This document shows, one piece after another, positions 36,156 through 42,855 of a stretch of DNA of 64,000 nucleotides. The first letter of the stretch is position 1. Each line of letters opens with the position of its first letter. The notes under the pieces were generated by a model, which did not search any database, was not told the origin of the DNA, and was given only the letters and a program-made list of their open reading frames with translations. The DNA comes from a virus, in IMG/VR virus record IMGVR_UViG_3300031759_000010; one strand, 5' to 3'. A program made the translations under genes and the position numbers.

Positions 36156-36911
36156 TTATTTTACGCGACGGCTCATCCCGGCAGCAGCCACCTTCCCGCC
36201 ACGCACATGCGTCAGGAAGTCCTGTGTGTTTGATTGCAGGCTGGATGTGTATGCGGAGGTCGCATCAGCCAGACAGCTCATGGTCATCCCCATGTTGGCC
36301 TGGTTGTACATAATTGAGTTCGCCGTCCTGATTCCCATCTGATCTCCCACTTGGTAGGCAGAGATATCCGCTCCAAGGAAAACGAAGGTCCAGTTGCCCA
36401 AATCCTCCTTGGATTTGATCAGGGACTTGATCGCGGACAACGTAAACTCCCGCGAAGAATTCTCTTCCCCGTCGGTCAGGATCACGGTCAACACCTTGTC
36501 GTACTTCTTGCCCAGGTCGTCTACCGCCGCAACCGTTTTTCCGATGGCGTCATACAGAGCCGTCCACCCGTTGGGGGTATAGGTCTTCAGGTTGAGTTCC
36601 TGGACATCCTTGAGATCCACCGAGACATAGCGGGTCTCGTAAGAGGTATCGAATAAGGTGAGGCTGAACGCGTACTCGTTCTTCTTGTCCGCCTTCAGCG
36701 TGTTGATGTAGGAGTTGAATCCGCCGATGGTGTCGTTGATGCACGATTGCATCGATCCCGACCTGTCGAGCACAAAGTTGACCAGCATCTTACCGGCGGC
36801 TTTTGCGCTTTTTGCTGGAGACTTCCTTGGGCTTTTTGTTGCTGGCTTTTTGACTGCCTTCTTTGCTGGCATTGCTTCCTCCGATACTGCTGGTGAATGT
36901 TTCTGGAACAA
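36156..36911 (-). CDS. von Willebrand factor A (vWA) domain protein
   Basis: MIDAS motif VLDRSGSMQS, later TALYDAIG and LTDGEEN. Lys/Pro/Ala-rich N-terminus if the start is 36911; alternative start 36788. Confidence 0.7.
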   Translation of the reverse strand: MFQKHSPAVSEEAMPAKKAVKKPATKSPRKSPAKSAKAAGKMLVNFVLDRSGSMQSCINDTIGGFNSYINTLKADKKNEYAFSLTLFDTSYETRYVSVDLKDVQELNLKTYTPNGWTALYDAIGKTVAAVDDLGKKYDKVLTVILTDGEENSSREFTLSAIKSLIKSKEDLGNWTFVFLGADISAYQVGDQMGIRTANSIMYNQANMGMTMSCLADATSAYTSSLQSNTQDFLTHVRGGKVAAAGMSRRVK

Positions 36912-37092
36912 GGTACGATCTCGTCGCCCCCATGGAGCTAAGGATCGCAGGTCCAGGTTCGCGGCGCTGTTTGTAGACGTCGCAAAGATATTGAGGTGTC
37001 ACGCCAATACTTCTTGCGTACTCGGCCTGCGTCTTACCCCCCTGCATGATTCTCATGATTTCAAGGAGTCCCTTGACGTCGGTGTTGTACAT
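36790..37092 (-). CDS. HTH DNA-binding protein (XRE-like)
   Basis: Track ORF trimmed to Met 31. GGKTQAEYARSIGVTPQYLCDVYKQRR helix-turn-helix. Confidence 0.5.
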   Translation of the reverse strand: MYNTDVKGLLEIMRIMQGGKTQAEYARSIGVTPQYLCDVYKQRREPGPAILSSMGATRSYLVPETFTSSIGGSNASKEGSQKASNKKPKEVSSKKRKSRR

Positions 37093-37312
37093 GATTTTGA
37101 GTATACCCTTCCTTGTGGTACATGGCAACTGTTTTTTTGTTTGGTTGACATCCATCGTCCGATATGTGATGATGTGAACCATGAGCTTCCGCGCCCATAC
37201 CGCATTTACACCAGCGACGGCACAGCCGCGCCAGGGTAACGATATGTAAGCGCCGGGAGATCTCCAAGTTTCGAGACCCTCGGCCGCAAGGTTCGAGGGT
37301 TTTTAGTTGGGG

Positions 37313-37341
37313 TTGAATAATGGTAGCATGCGTGTTAATGT
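37313..37341 (+). promoter_or_regulatory. sigma70-like promoter candidate at the head of the plus-strand HNH/tRNA array
   Basis: TTGAAT-17 nt-TAATGT, ending 5 nt before ATG 37347. Confidence 0.3.
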
Positions 37342-37346
37342 AAGGC

Positions 37347-37823
37347 ATGCGAAACGGCCTCTATGAACTCGTCATCGCTCCAGAAGGATATCCCGGGAAG
37401 CTGTATCGAGGAAGATACTGCTATGAACACCACTTAGTGTGGTGGAAAAACACTGGGGAATTGGTAGTCGAGCCAATGCTCATTCACCACAAGAATGACC
37501 AAAAGCGCGACAATCGTTTTGAAAATTTGGAGAAGAAAGAACGCGCCAAGCATAGTAGCGACCATACCAAAGAAAGAATGGGACCTCCTGGTTACGTTGA
37601 ATTGAAATGCGCTTGGTGTGAAAAAACTTTTCAGATTCTTCGCAGAAATTTTGCTTTCAGAAGGCGATACACGAACAACCACTGCTCCAGATCTTGTGCG
37701 GTCAAGAATCAGTGGCGGTTAGGGTTTGTAAATGTTGGCAAGAAAAAGTTTATTCACGGGAAGCTCTATGGCGAGCATTCCGCTGTTAACGGAAAAGGTG
37801 TGGGTTCGAATCCCTCCCCGTGA
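37347..37823 (+). CDS. HNH homing endonuclease
   Basis: YEHHLVWW...IHHKNDQKRDNRFENL (HNH) plus one CAWC...CSRSC module. The last 70 nt run through tRNA-Asn. Confidence 0.75.
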   Translation: MRNGLYELVIAPEGYPGKLYRGRYCYEHHLVWWKNTGELVVEPMLIHHKNDQKRDNRFENLEKKERAKHSSDHTKERMGPPGYVELKCAWCEKTFQILRRNFAFRRRYTNNHCSRSCAVKNQWRLGFVNVGKKKFIHGKLYGEHSAVNGKGVGSNPSP

Positions 37824-37824
37824 G
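37754..37824 (+). tRNA. tRNA-Asn (GTT)
   Basis: Acceptor TCACGGG/CCCGTGA, D stem GCTC/GAGC, anticodon arm TTCCG-CTGTTAA-CGGAA, T loop TTCGAAT. Confidence 0.75.
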
Positions 37825-37839
37825 CCTTTAGAAGTATGT

Positions 37840-37914
37840 TGCGCGTTGGTGAAATTGGAATCACAGATGGCTCTGAACCATCAGTAGGGGGATCAAAACC
37901 TCCACGCGCAGCCA
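37840..37914 (+). tRNA. tRNA-Gln (CTG)
   Basis: Acceptor TGCGCGT/ACGCGCA (U1:A72, G73), anticodon arm GATGG-CTCTGAA-CCATC, encoded CCA. Confidence 0.75.
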
Positions 37915-37920
37915 AGTTAT

Positions 37921-37994
37921 AGCGGGATGGCCGATTGGTTAGGCACTGGCCTTTGGCACCAGTAAGACAGGTTCAATTCCTGTTCCCGCTGCCA
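37921..37994 (+). tRNA. tRNA-Gln (TTG)
   Basis: Acceptor AGCGGGA/TCCCGCT, G73, anticodon loop CTTTGGC with one C-A mismatch in the stem, T arm ACAGG-TTCAATT-CCTGT, CCA. Confidence 0.6.
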
Positions 37995-37995
37995 T

Positions 37996-38071
37996 GCGGA
38001 CGTAGCTCAATTGGTAGAGCATTGCGCTGCCAGCGCGAAGGTTGCCGGATCATTGCCGGTCGTCCGCTCCA
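37996..38071 (+). tRNA. tRNA-Gly (GCC)
   Basis: Acceptor GCGGACG/CGTCCGC, D arm GCTC-AATTGGTA-GAGC, anticodon loop CTGCCAG, CCA. Confidence 0.8.
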
Positions 38072-38077
38072 GGTTTT

Positions 38078-38151
38078 GCCGGGTTGGTTTAGTGACATAA
38101 CGGCGGGTCCGTACCCCGCAAGCAGGCGTTTGAATCGCCTACCCGGCTCCA
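38078..38151 (+). tRNA. tRNA-Thr (CGT), C at position 33
   Basis: Acceptor GCCGGGT/ACCCGGC, anticodon arm GCGGG-TCCGTAC-CCCGC, T arm AGGCG-TTTGAAT-CGCCT, CCA. Confidence 0.65.
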
Positions 38152-38171
38152 ACTATGATACGATTTAATTT

Positions 38172-38936
38172 ATGAGACTCGTATCAAAGCAGCAGTTTAA
38201 TTCCGCTCGCAGTCGCGACCTTATCGACTTACGTTGCGATTTTTGCGACAGGATTTTCTGGTTACCGAAGCACGAGGCGATGAGGAGAGCAAAACGCGGA
38301 ACAGGAAAAACGTACTGCTCTCCTCTTTGCTCAAATGATTCACAGAGGAGGAATAAGCCAAAGCCTTGCAAGCAGTGCGGAAAAGATTGCCGCAAGATTT
38401 TTTGTTCTCACAGGTGTTCTGCGTTATTCAACAACCCCCTCAAGGCTAACAAGAAGAAAAAGTGCCTTGAGTGTGGAGTAAAGCACTCGAACAAAAAATT
38501 TTGTAGCCATGGATGCAATCAGAAAAACAAAGAGAAAGCGGTGCTCGTAGAATGGCGATCCGGAGCGCGTAGTGGGTTAACAAAGAATGGCTTTCTTTGT
38601 GAAACCGTAAGACGGTACCTTCTTGGGAAATACGACAACAAGTGCTCTAGGTGTGGATGGTGCGAGGTTAACCATAAAAGTGGAAAGGTGCCGGTTCAGA
38701 TCGAGCATATCGACGGGGATTTTCGCAATTGCAGTGAAAGCAATTTGATCGTTTTGTGCCCTAATTGCCATTCTTTAACTCCGACATACATGTCGCTTAA
38801 TCGGGGCAATGGAAGAGACGTTAACGGAATGAGGCGCAAAAAGGATGCCGGAATAGCTCAACAGGAAGAGCATATCATCGGTAATGATACGACTGGGGTT
38901 CGAGGCCCCATTTCGGCTCCAAGGTTTTTAATGTAA
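38172..38936 (+). CDS. HNH homing endonuclease with three zinc-ribbon modules
   Basis: HIDGDFRNCSESNLIVLCPNCH (HNH). CDFC..CSPLC, CKQC..CSHRC, CLEC..CSHGC. The 3' end runs through tRNA-Thr(GGT). Confidence 0.8.
   Translation: MRLVSKQQFNSARSRDLIDLRCDFCDRIFWLPKHEAMRRAKRGTGKTYCSPLCSNDSQRRNKPKPCKQCGKDCRKIFCSHRCSALFNNPLKANKKKKCLECGVKHSNKKFCSHGCNQKNKEKAVLVEWRSGARSGLTKNGFLCETVRRYLLGKYDNKCSRCGWCEVNHKSGKVPVQIEHIDGDFRNCSESNLIVLCPNCHSLTPTYMSLNRGNGRDVNGMRRKKDAGIAQQEEHIIGNDTTGVRGPISAPRFLM
38847..38921 (+). tRNA. tRNA-Thr (GGT), C at position 33
   Basis: Acceptor GCCGGAA/TTTCGGC, D arm GCTC-AACAGGAA-GAGC, anticodon arm TATCA-TCGGTAA-TGATA, T loop TTCGAGG, CCA. Confidence 0.65.
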
Positions 38937-38942
38937 GTTTTT

Positions 38943-39017
38943 GCCCTGCAAGCATTGCCGTCGATGCACCGGGCCTGTACCCCGGACAATGCCGTTAGAC
39001 TCGGCAGCAGGGCTCCA
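38943..39017 (+). tRNA. tRNA-Thr (TGT), C at position 33
   Basis: Acceptor GCCCTGC/GCAGGGC, D stem GCAT/ATGC, anticodon arm CCGGG-CCTGTAC-CCCGG, T arm TGCCG-TTAGACT-CGGCA, CCA. Confidence 0.6.
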
Positions 39018-39020
39018 AGT

Positions 39021-39100
39021 GTGGCCGTGCCGACTATTGGTATGTCGGGCATGTCTGTGGAACATGTCTCTTGTGGATTCGATTTCCACCGGCCACCCCA
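39021..39100 (+). tRNA. tRNA-His (GTG)
   Basis: Acceptor GTGGCCG/CGGCCAC with C73, anticodon arm CATGT-CTGTGGA-ACATG, T arm GTGGA-TTCGATT-TCCAC, CCA. No encoded G-1. Confidence 0.7.
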
Positions 39101-39107
39101 TTTACGC

Positions 39108-39183
39108 GGGCCCTTAGCTCATTTGGGAGAGCGCCTCGTTTGCACCGAGGAGGCGGTCGGATCGAAGCCGACAGGGTCCACCA
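39108..39183 (+). tRNA. tRNA-Ala (TGC)
   Basis: Acceptor GGGCCCT/AGGGTCC with the G3:U70 identity pair, anticodon arm CCTCG-TTTGCAC-CGAGG, CCA. Confidence 0.85.
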
Positions 39184-39245
39184 GTTTTGCCGATTGAGCT
39201 AGTGCGGTCATAGCAGTGGTTTGATTTTAATGGTATAATGCTTGC

Positions 39246-40250
39246 ATGTTCAGAACTATACCATGTAGTAAATGTGGGACAGAAATAGGGATGAATCGTA
39301 TCAAGACGCATGAACGTCTGTGCGATGGTTTTGGACCTGCCCGCCGCAGGAAAACAGTGATTTTCGAGACCGATGTAGACGGCAAGAAGATTTGTCCAGA
39401 TTGCGGTAAGAAGTGCAGCAAATATGGCGCTGCAACTCACTGGAGGATTGCTCATCGTGGCGATTATGCTGGAAGACCGTTAGGCACTGGGCCAGCAAAA
39501 GGGAAATCTTGGAACAGAGGTCTGACAAAGGAAACGGACGAAAGGATAGCGAGAGCCTGTGCCAATGTCAGTGAAGGAGTAAGGCGATACGTTGCCAACA
39601 TGACCGATGAGGACCGCAAGAAGCGATCTGAAATTGGAAGGAGAAAAAGTCCGACTAAAGGTGGCCCAAGAAAGGGGGCTGGACGTGGTAAAAGTGGGTG
39701 GTATCAAGGATTTTGGTGTGATTCGTCTTGGGAGTTGGCTTGGGTAATACACGCTATCGATCATTCAATTTCTTTCAGCAGAAATACGCTTGGTTATGAA
39801 TATGAGTTTGAGGGTAAGCGATCCAAGTTTTATCCAGACTTTCTTTTGGGTGCTGGAAACCTAGTCGAAGTCAAGGGGTATTTTGACCGACGCAACAATG
39901 CAAAGATAGCAGCAGTTGAAGGATTAACGGTTTTAGGCGAAAAAGAAATAAAGCCGTATTTGTTATATGCGGTTGAAAGGTTTGGTACTGATTTCGTTTC
40001 TGCTGCTTATCAACAACCGCCAGAATACAGATGTTGTGATTGTGGCACTGCCGTAACAAATAATGCTCCGCGCTGTGCAAGATGTGCTGGATTGAAGAGT
40101 GCGAAGTATAAGATTCAATGGCCGACAAATGAACAGTTGATCGATATGATTGGTTTAAGTAACCGAAATCAAGTTGCAAAACGGCTAGGGGTATCATTTA
40201 GTGCGATTGCGAAGCGTTTGAAAGTTCATGGACTCGTAGCTCCAATGTAG
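39246..40250 (+). CDS. putative homing endonuclease (NUMOD-like N-terminus, PD-(D/E)XK-like core, C-terminal HTH)
   Basis: SWNRGLTKETD is NUMOD3-like. YPDF...LVEVKG is PD-ExK-like. The last 21 nt overlap tRNA-Phe. Confidence 0.5.
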   Translation: MFRTIPCSKCGTEIGMNRIKTHERLCDGFGPARRRKTVIFETDVDGKKICPDCGKKCSKYGAATHWRIAHRGDYAGRPLGTGPAKGKSWNRGLTKETDERIARACANVSEGVRRYVANMTDEDRKKRSEIGRRKSPTKGGPRKGAGRGKSGWYQGFWCDSSWELAWVIHAIDHSISFSRNTLGYEYEFEGKRSKFYPDFLLGAGNLVEVKGYFDRRNNAKIAAVEGLTVLGEKEIKPYLLYAVERFGTDFVSAAYQQPPEYRCCDCGTAVTNNAPRCARCAGLKSAKYKIQWPTNEQLIDMIGLSNRNQVAKRLGVSFSAIAKRLKVHGLVAPM

Positions 40251-40304
40251 AGCGACACGTTGAAGCCGTGTGCGGTGCTGGTTCAAGTCCAGTCGAGTCC
40301 ACCA
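40230..40304 (+). tRNA. tRNA-Phe (GAA)
   Basis: Acceptor GGACTCG/CGAGTCC, A73, anticodon arm ACACG-TTGAAGC-CGTGT, T loop TTCAAGT, CCA. Confidence 0.8.
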
Positions 40305-40312
40305 TAGTTTAT

Positions 40313-40389
40313 CCGGGCCTAGCCTAGCGGCTTCAGGCACCTGTTTCGGGAACAGGATGAGCGGCGTTCAACTCGCCGGGTCCGGACCA
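40313..40389 (+). tRNA. tRNA-Pro (CGG)
   Basis: Acceptor CCGGGCC/GGTCCGG, anticodon arm CCTGT-TTCGGGA-ACAGG, T arm CGGCG-TTCAACT-CGCCG, CCA. Confidence 0.8.
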
Positions 40390-40395
40390 GCTTAA

Positions 40396-40472
40396 CCGTG
40401 TGTGGCGCAGCCAGGAAGCGCACCTGATTTGGGATCAGGGGGTCATCAGTTCGAATCTGATCACGCGGACCA
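40396..40472 (+). tRNA. tRNA-Pro (TGG)
   Basis: Acceptor CCGTGTG/CACGCGG, anticodon arm CCTGA-TTTGGGA-TCAGG, T arm ATCAG-TTCGAAT-CTGAT, CCA. Confidence 0.8.
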
Positions 40473-40476
40473 TTGA

Positions 40477-40553
40477 GGGGCTGTAGCTCATCTGGATAGA
40501 GCGCCGGTTTGCGGAACCGGAGGCAGCAAGTTCGAACCTTGCCAGCCCCACCA
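40477..40553 (+). tRNA. tRNA-Arg (GCG)
   Basis: Acceptor GGGGCTG/CAGCCCC, D arm GCTC-ATCTGGATA-GAGC, anticodon arm CCGGT-TTGCGGA-ACCGG, CCA. Confidence 0.75.
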
Positions 40554-40559
40554 TACTTC

Positions 40560-40635
40560 GCACCTGTGGCAGAGTGGATTATGCTCCTGTATTCGAAACA
40601 GGAAGACGCGGGTTCGAATCCTGCCAGGTGCCCCA
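40560..40635 (+). tRNA. tRNA-Arg (TCG)
   Basis: Acceptor GCACCTG/CAGGTGC, anticodon arm CCTGT-ATTCGAA-ACAGG, T arm GCGGG-TTCGAAT-CCTGC, CCA. Confidence 0.75.
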
Positions 40636-40682
40636 GGTTACCAAAGTTCTCTTGCAATCTTCCCCCAGACCGGCGTTATACT
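40636..40682 (+). promoter_or_regulatory. GGTTACCAAAG motif copy 2 plus sigma70-like promoter inside the tRNA array
   Basis: GGTTACCAAAG-N5-TTGCAA(40652-57)-19 nt-TATACT(40677-82). The 5' end of the CAT tRNA lies 8 nt after the -10 hexamer. Confidence 0.5.
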
Positions 40683-40689
40683 TGTCTCC

Positions 40690-40766
40690 AGCGGATATGG
40701 AGAAAGGGAGTCTCGTCAGCCTCATAAGCTGAATATCGCCGGAGTCGGGGTCCGGATCCGCAACCA
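40690..40766 (+). tRNA. tRNA with CAT anticodon (Met or Ile2-type)
   Basis: D arm GAGA-AAGGGAG-TCTC, anticodon arm TCAGC-CTCATAA-GCTGA, T stem CCGGA/TCCGG, 3' ATCCGCA-A-CCA. The 5' acceptor register is ambiguous (A1-A72 mismatch or one extra nucleotide). Confidence 0.55.
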
Positions 40767-40771
40767 AGTTT

Positions 40772-40845
40772 GGACCATTGTTCTATGGGTATGATGTTCG
40801 GCTGTCTACCGAACAGAGCGAGTTCGAGTCTCGCATGGTCCGCCA
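40772..40845 (+). tRNA. tRNA-Asp (GTC)
   Basis: Acceptor GGACCAT/ATGGTCC, G73, anticodon arm TTCGG-CTGTCTA-CCGAA, T arm GCGAG-TTCGAGT-CTCGC, CCA. The D stem is weak. Confidence 0.6.
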
Positions 40846-41152
40846 ATGTCCGGGCTGGTGTAGGCCTCCTTTCCTCCGCGCCCACCGGAGGGGACAAAGT
40901 GGGCACAAGTTTTGGAGGAACAATGATTCACGCGGAGGATGCCATGACAAGTACATAGTGAAAGGAGACTTGTCATGGGCAATGCACACGCTTCAAGGCA
41001 CCGTCGTGGGCTCGGAAAGCCATGTTCCATCGGTTGCCTTTATTGCGCGATGCGCCCCAAGGATGGGCCACCCGGGAAGCGGCGCAAAAACTACGCCAAC
41101 AAAACTTCCAGGGGCCGCCATGTTCCCCATGGGCGCAACGCAAACCGCCGCA

Positions 41153-41221
41153 AGGGTTAAGCATGTCAACGCTGTAGGGATGTGGTTTCGGACGCGGGTT
41201 CAATTCCCACCGGGTCCACCA
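41153..41221 (+). ncRNA. ssrA: tmRNA acceptor (3') piece: P2 3' strands, T arm, 3' acceptor strand, CCA
   Basis: GTTAAGCATGTCAACGCTGTAGGGATGTGGTTTCGGACGCGGGTTCAATTCCCACCGGGTCCACCA closely parallels the E. coli ssrA 3' end as I remember it. The 5' limit of the piece is not determinable by eye. Confidence 0.6.
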
Positions 41222-41293
41222 GAGAGGGTTGGAAGCTGCTTTAGGACTTACCCCCTTGGAAAAAGTGAGCGGTTAATGTCAACCCTCTCTTGT
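41222..41293 (+). other. intervening segment of the permuted tmRNA locus, closed by a perfect 10-bp stem
   Basis: GAGAGGGTTG (41222-31) pairs with CAACCCTCTC (41280-89). It starts directly after CCA and ends 4 nt before the GGGCCCG 5' end. Confidence 0.6.
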
Positions 41294-41465
41294 GGGCCCG
41301 TCACGGTTTCGACGGGATCAGGGATCTACAGTTTCATGCCGGGATTGATGCTCACCGCAACGAGAATCAAACCATAAGTGCAGCAGCATTTGCGCTCCCG
41401 GTTGCCGCCTAAACAACGGTAACCCGTGGACGGCCGGGTTCCATGTAAAAAAACACCCGGCAAGG
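41294..41465 (+). ncRNA. ssrA: tmRNA coding (5') piece: 5' acceptor strand, D-loop analogue, PK1 region, tag reading frame
   Basis: GGGCCCGTCACGGTTTCGACGGGAT...TTCATGCCGGG is the canonical tmRNA 5' domain. Tag frame 41359-41412 encodes NENQTISAAAFALPVAA then stop. The 3' limit is set arbitrarily before tRNA-Glu. Confidence 0.6.
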
Positions 41466-41469
41466 TTTT

Positions 41470-41546
41470 GGCCCTGTCTGCTAAGTGGATAGGCAACTGG
41501 ACTCTCACTCCGGAAATGACGGGTTCGAATCCCGCCAGGGCTACCA
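41470..41546 (+). tRNA. tRNA-Glu (CTC)
   Basis: Acceptor GGCCCTG/CAGGGCT (G1-U72), anticodon arm CTGGA-CTCTCAC-TCCGG, T loop TTCGAAT, CCA. Confidence 0.7.
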
Positions 41547-41593
41547 AGTTGCATTTGTTTGGGAATTACGTACTTAACTCCCTTGGAGGGTAA

Positions 41594-42067
41594 ATGAGCA
41601 TCGTTCATCAAAGTCAGTTGATGCCAGCCGAGAACAAGTTTCACGTCGGCAATAGCGAAGATGGAAAACATTACTGGATCACTCCGCCTGATCTCTATTC
41701 GGCGCTGGACACAGAGTTTCACTTCGATTTTGACCCATGCCCCTTCCCGCTTCCGGTAGGCTTTGACGGCCTCACTTGCGAATGGGGTAAGTCTAATTAC
41801 GTCAATCCGCCGTTTGGGTCCATCATTCATCAAGGCAAGAAGAAAGGTCCGACCGCTTGGGTCCGTAAGTCCATTGAAGAGCAGCAAAAAGGGAACCTCG
41901 TTGTGCTTGTCTACCCCGTCGATAAATGGGTGCTCATGATGCTCAAGGCTATCGGGACTAAAGTCCGAAACCTTGGCGACGTTCGATGGCTTGCAACTGA
42001 GGACATGTCCATCGGCAAAGGTACTGGAAGGCATATTGCAGCTTTCATTTTGGAGCCGAAACTGTGA
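41594..42067 (+). CDS. DNA N6-adenine methyltransferase, phage Dam (T1-type) family
   Basis: FDFDPCP ... NYVNPPFG (motif IV NPPF) ... VVLVYP. Small single-domain enzyme. Confidence 0.75.
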   Translation: MSIVHQSQLMPAENKFHVGNSEDGKHYWITPPDLYSALDTEFHFDFDPCPFPLPVGFDGLTCEWGKSNYVNPPFGSIIHQGKKKGPTAWVRKSIEEQQKGNLVVLVYPVDKWVLMMLKAIGTKVRNLGDVRWLATEDMSIGKGTGRHIAAFILEPKL

Positions 42068-42100
42068 AAGGGACTCAAGTATATAAGTCCCATTTGTTTT

Positions 42101-42178
42101 GAGATGGCAGGCTGCGTCGGTTTGGCCCACGGTCTTTCACACCGTGCTACGCGGGTTCGACTCCCGTCCATCTCGCCA
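42101..42178 (+). tRNA. tRNA-Glu (TTC)
   Basis: Acceptor GAGATGG/CCATCTC, anticodon arm ACGGT-CTTTCAC-ACCGT, T arm GCGGG-TTCGACT-CCCGT, CCA. Confidence 0.75.
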
Positions 42179-42196
42179 GTTCTATGAGGAGGAATC

Positions 42197-42379
42197 GTGA
42201 AGGTTGCAAGGAGTCACATCGTCGCCGCAATCGAGGTAGCTGATCAGATCAAGAACGGCAAGATTCTTTTTTATCCCAAATACGCCATCAAGGCCAAACG
42301 CTATGCCGGAAAAGACAAATCCACCGGCGAGTTTGGGTGGACGGTATCGGTTGTTCCTCTCCGGCCAGTCAAAGCATAA
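42197..42379 (+). CDS. hypothetical small protein (60 aa)
   Basis: Track ORF. Stop lies 2 nt before the GGQ-protein ATG. Confidence 0.4.
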   Translation: MKVARSHIVAAIEVADQIKNGKILFYPKYAIKAKRYAGKDKSTGEFGWTVSVVPLRPVKA

Positions 42380-42381
42380 AA

Positions 42382-42714
42382 ATGAAAACCCTCTTGTTTT
42401 CCCTTACTTCAAAAGATTTCGAGTTTCAGACTTTTTGCACTGGCGGCAACGGCGGCCAACACCGCAACGCAAAGCAAAACGGTGTGCGGTGTATCCATAC
42501 AGCCTCTGGGGCCAGGGCCGAACACCGCGACGGACGCGATCAGCGGAAGAATAAGGAAGAAGCCTTCCGCAAATGCGCCGAGACCCCTCAGTTTAAGGCT
42601 TGGCACAGGGCTGAAACTATGCGCCGCATGGGCCTCATGAAGAGCGTTGACCGGGCCGTTGATGAGGCTATGAGGCCAGAAAACATCAAGGTCGAGATTT
42701 TGAATGGGATCTAA
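42382..42714 (+). CDS. GGQ-motif release-factor-domain protein (ArfB/RF-1-domain-like peptidyl-tRNA hydrolase)
   Basis: TGGNGGQHRNAKQNGVRCIHTASG...RDQRKNKEEA matches the class I release factor PTH domain with the catalytic GGQ. Only 110 aa, so no codon-recognition domains. Confidence 0.8.
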   Translation: MKTLLFSLTSKDFEFQTFCTGGNGGQHRNAKQNGVRCIHTASGARAEHRDGRDQRKNKEEAFRKCAETPQFKAWHRAETMRRMGLMKSVDRAVDEAMRPENIKVEILNGI

Positions 42715-42738
42715 AGAGGACTTCGAGGAGTCTGATTG

Positions 42739-42812
42739 TGGAGCGGCCGAGGAGATTCAAACTCCCGTCATCGGATTGGAAGTCCGAGGCCCTATCATTG
42801 GACGACGGCCGC
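42739..42812 (-). tRNA. tRNA-Gly (TCC)
   Basis: Minus strand: acceptor GCGGCCG/CGGCCGC, anticodon arm TCGGA-CTTCCAA-TCCGA, T arm GGGAG-TTTGAAT-CTCCT, CCA. Confidence 0.8.
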
Positions 42813-42817
42813 AAATT

Positions 42818-42855
42818 TGGTGCCGGATGCTGGGCTTGAACCAGCTACCTCTCGC
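42818..42855 (-). tRNA. 3' half of a split tRNA gene (anticodon-stem 3' strand, variable loop, T arm, acceptor 3' strand, CCA)
   Basis: Minus strand: GCGAG-AGGTA-GCTGG-TTCAAGC-CCAGC-ATCCGGC-A-CCA. The acceptor strand is perfectly complementary to GCCGGAT at 43424-43430. Confidence 0.6.

Noticed and set aside
36790-36911. Genuine 120-nt overlap between the HTH gene and the vWA gene.
   Set aside because: More likely the vWA gene starts at the internal ATG 36788, one nucleotide after the HTH stop. I cannot decide without expression data.
37271-37305. Plus-strand intrinsic terminator or tRNA remnant (ACCCTCG...CGAGGGT followed by TTTTA, containing GGTTCGAGGG).
   Set aside because: No plus-strand gene lies upstream to terminate, and there is no acceptor or anticodon arm. 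Function left undetermined.
41095-41160. Basic frame ANKTSRGRHVPHGRNANRRKG as the functional tmRNA tag of a compact one-piece tmRNA (41008-41221).
   Set aside because: Kept only as an alternative inside the tmRNA finding. It lacks a hydrophobic degron end and runs through sequence equivalent to the 3' helices. Its putative 5' domain also lacks the GGNTTCGACGGG element that the downstream copy has.
40319-42171. Track ORFs overlapping the tRNA/tmRNA region (for example 40319-40657, 40778-41377, 41318-42130, 40975-41160).
   Set aside because: They are composed of tRNA and tmRNA sequence, with no ribosome-binding sites or protein-like motifs. 41318-42130 also lies antisense to the well-supported Dam gene.
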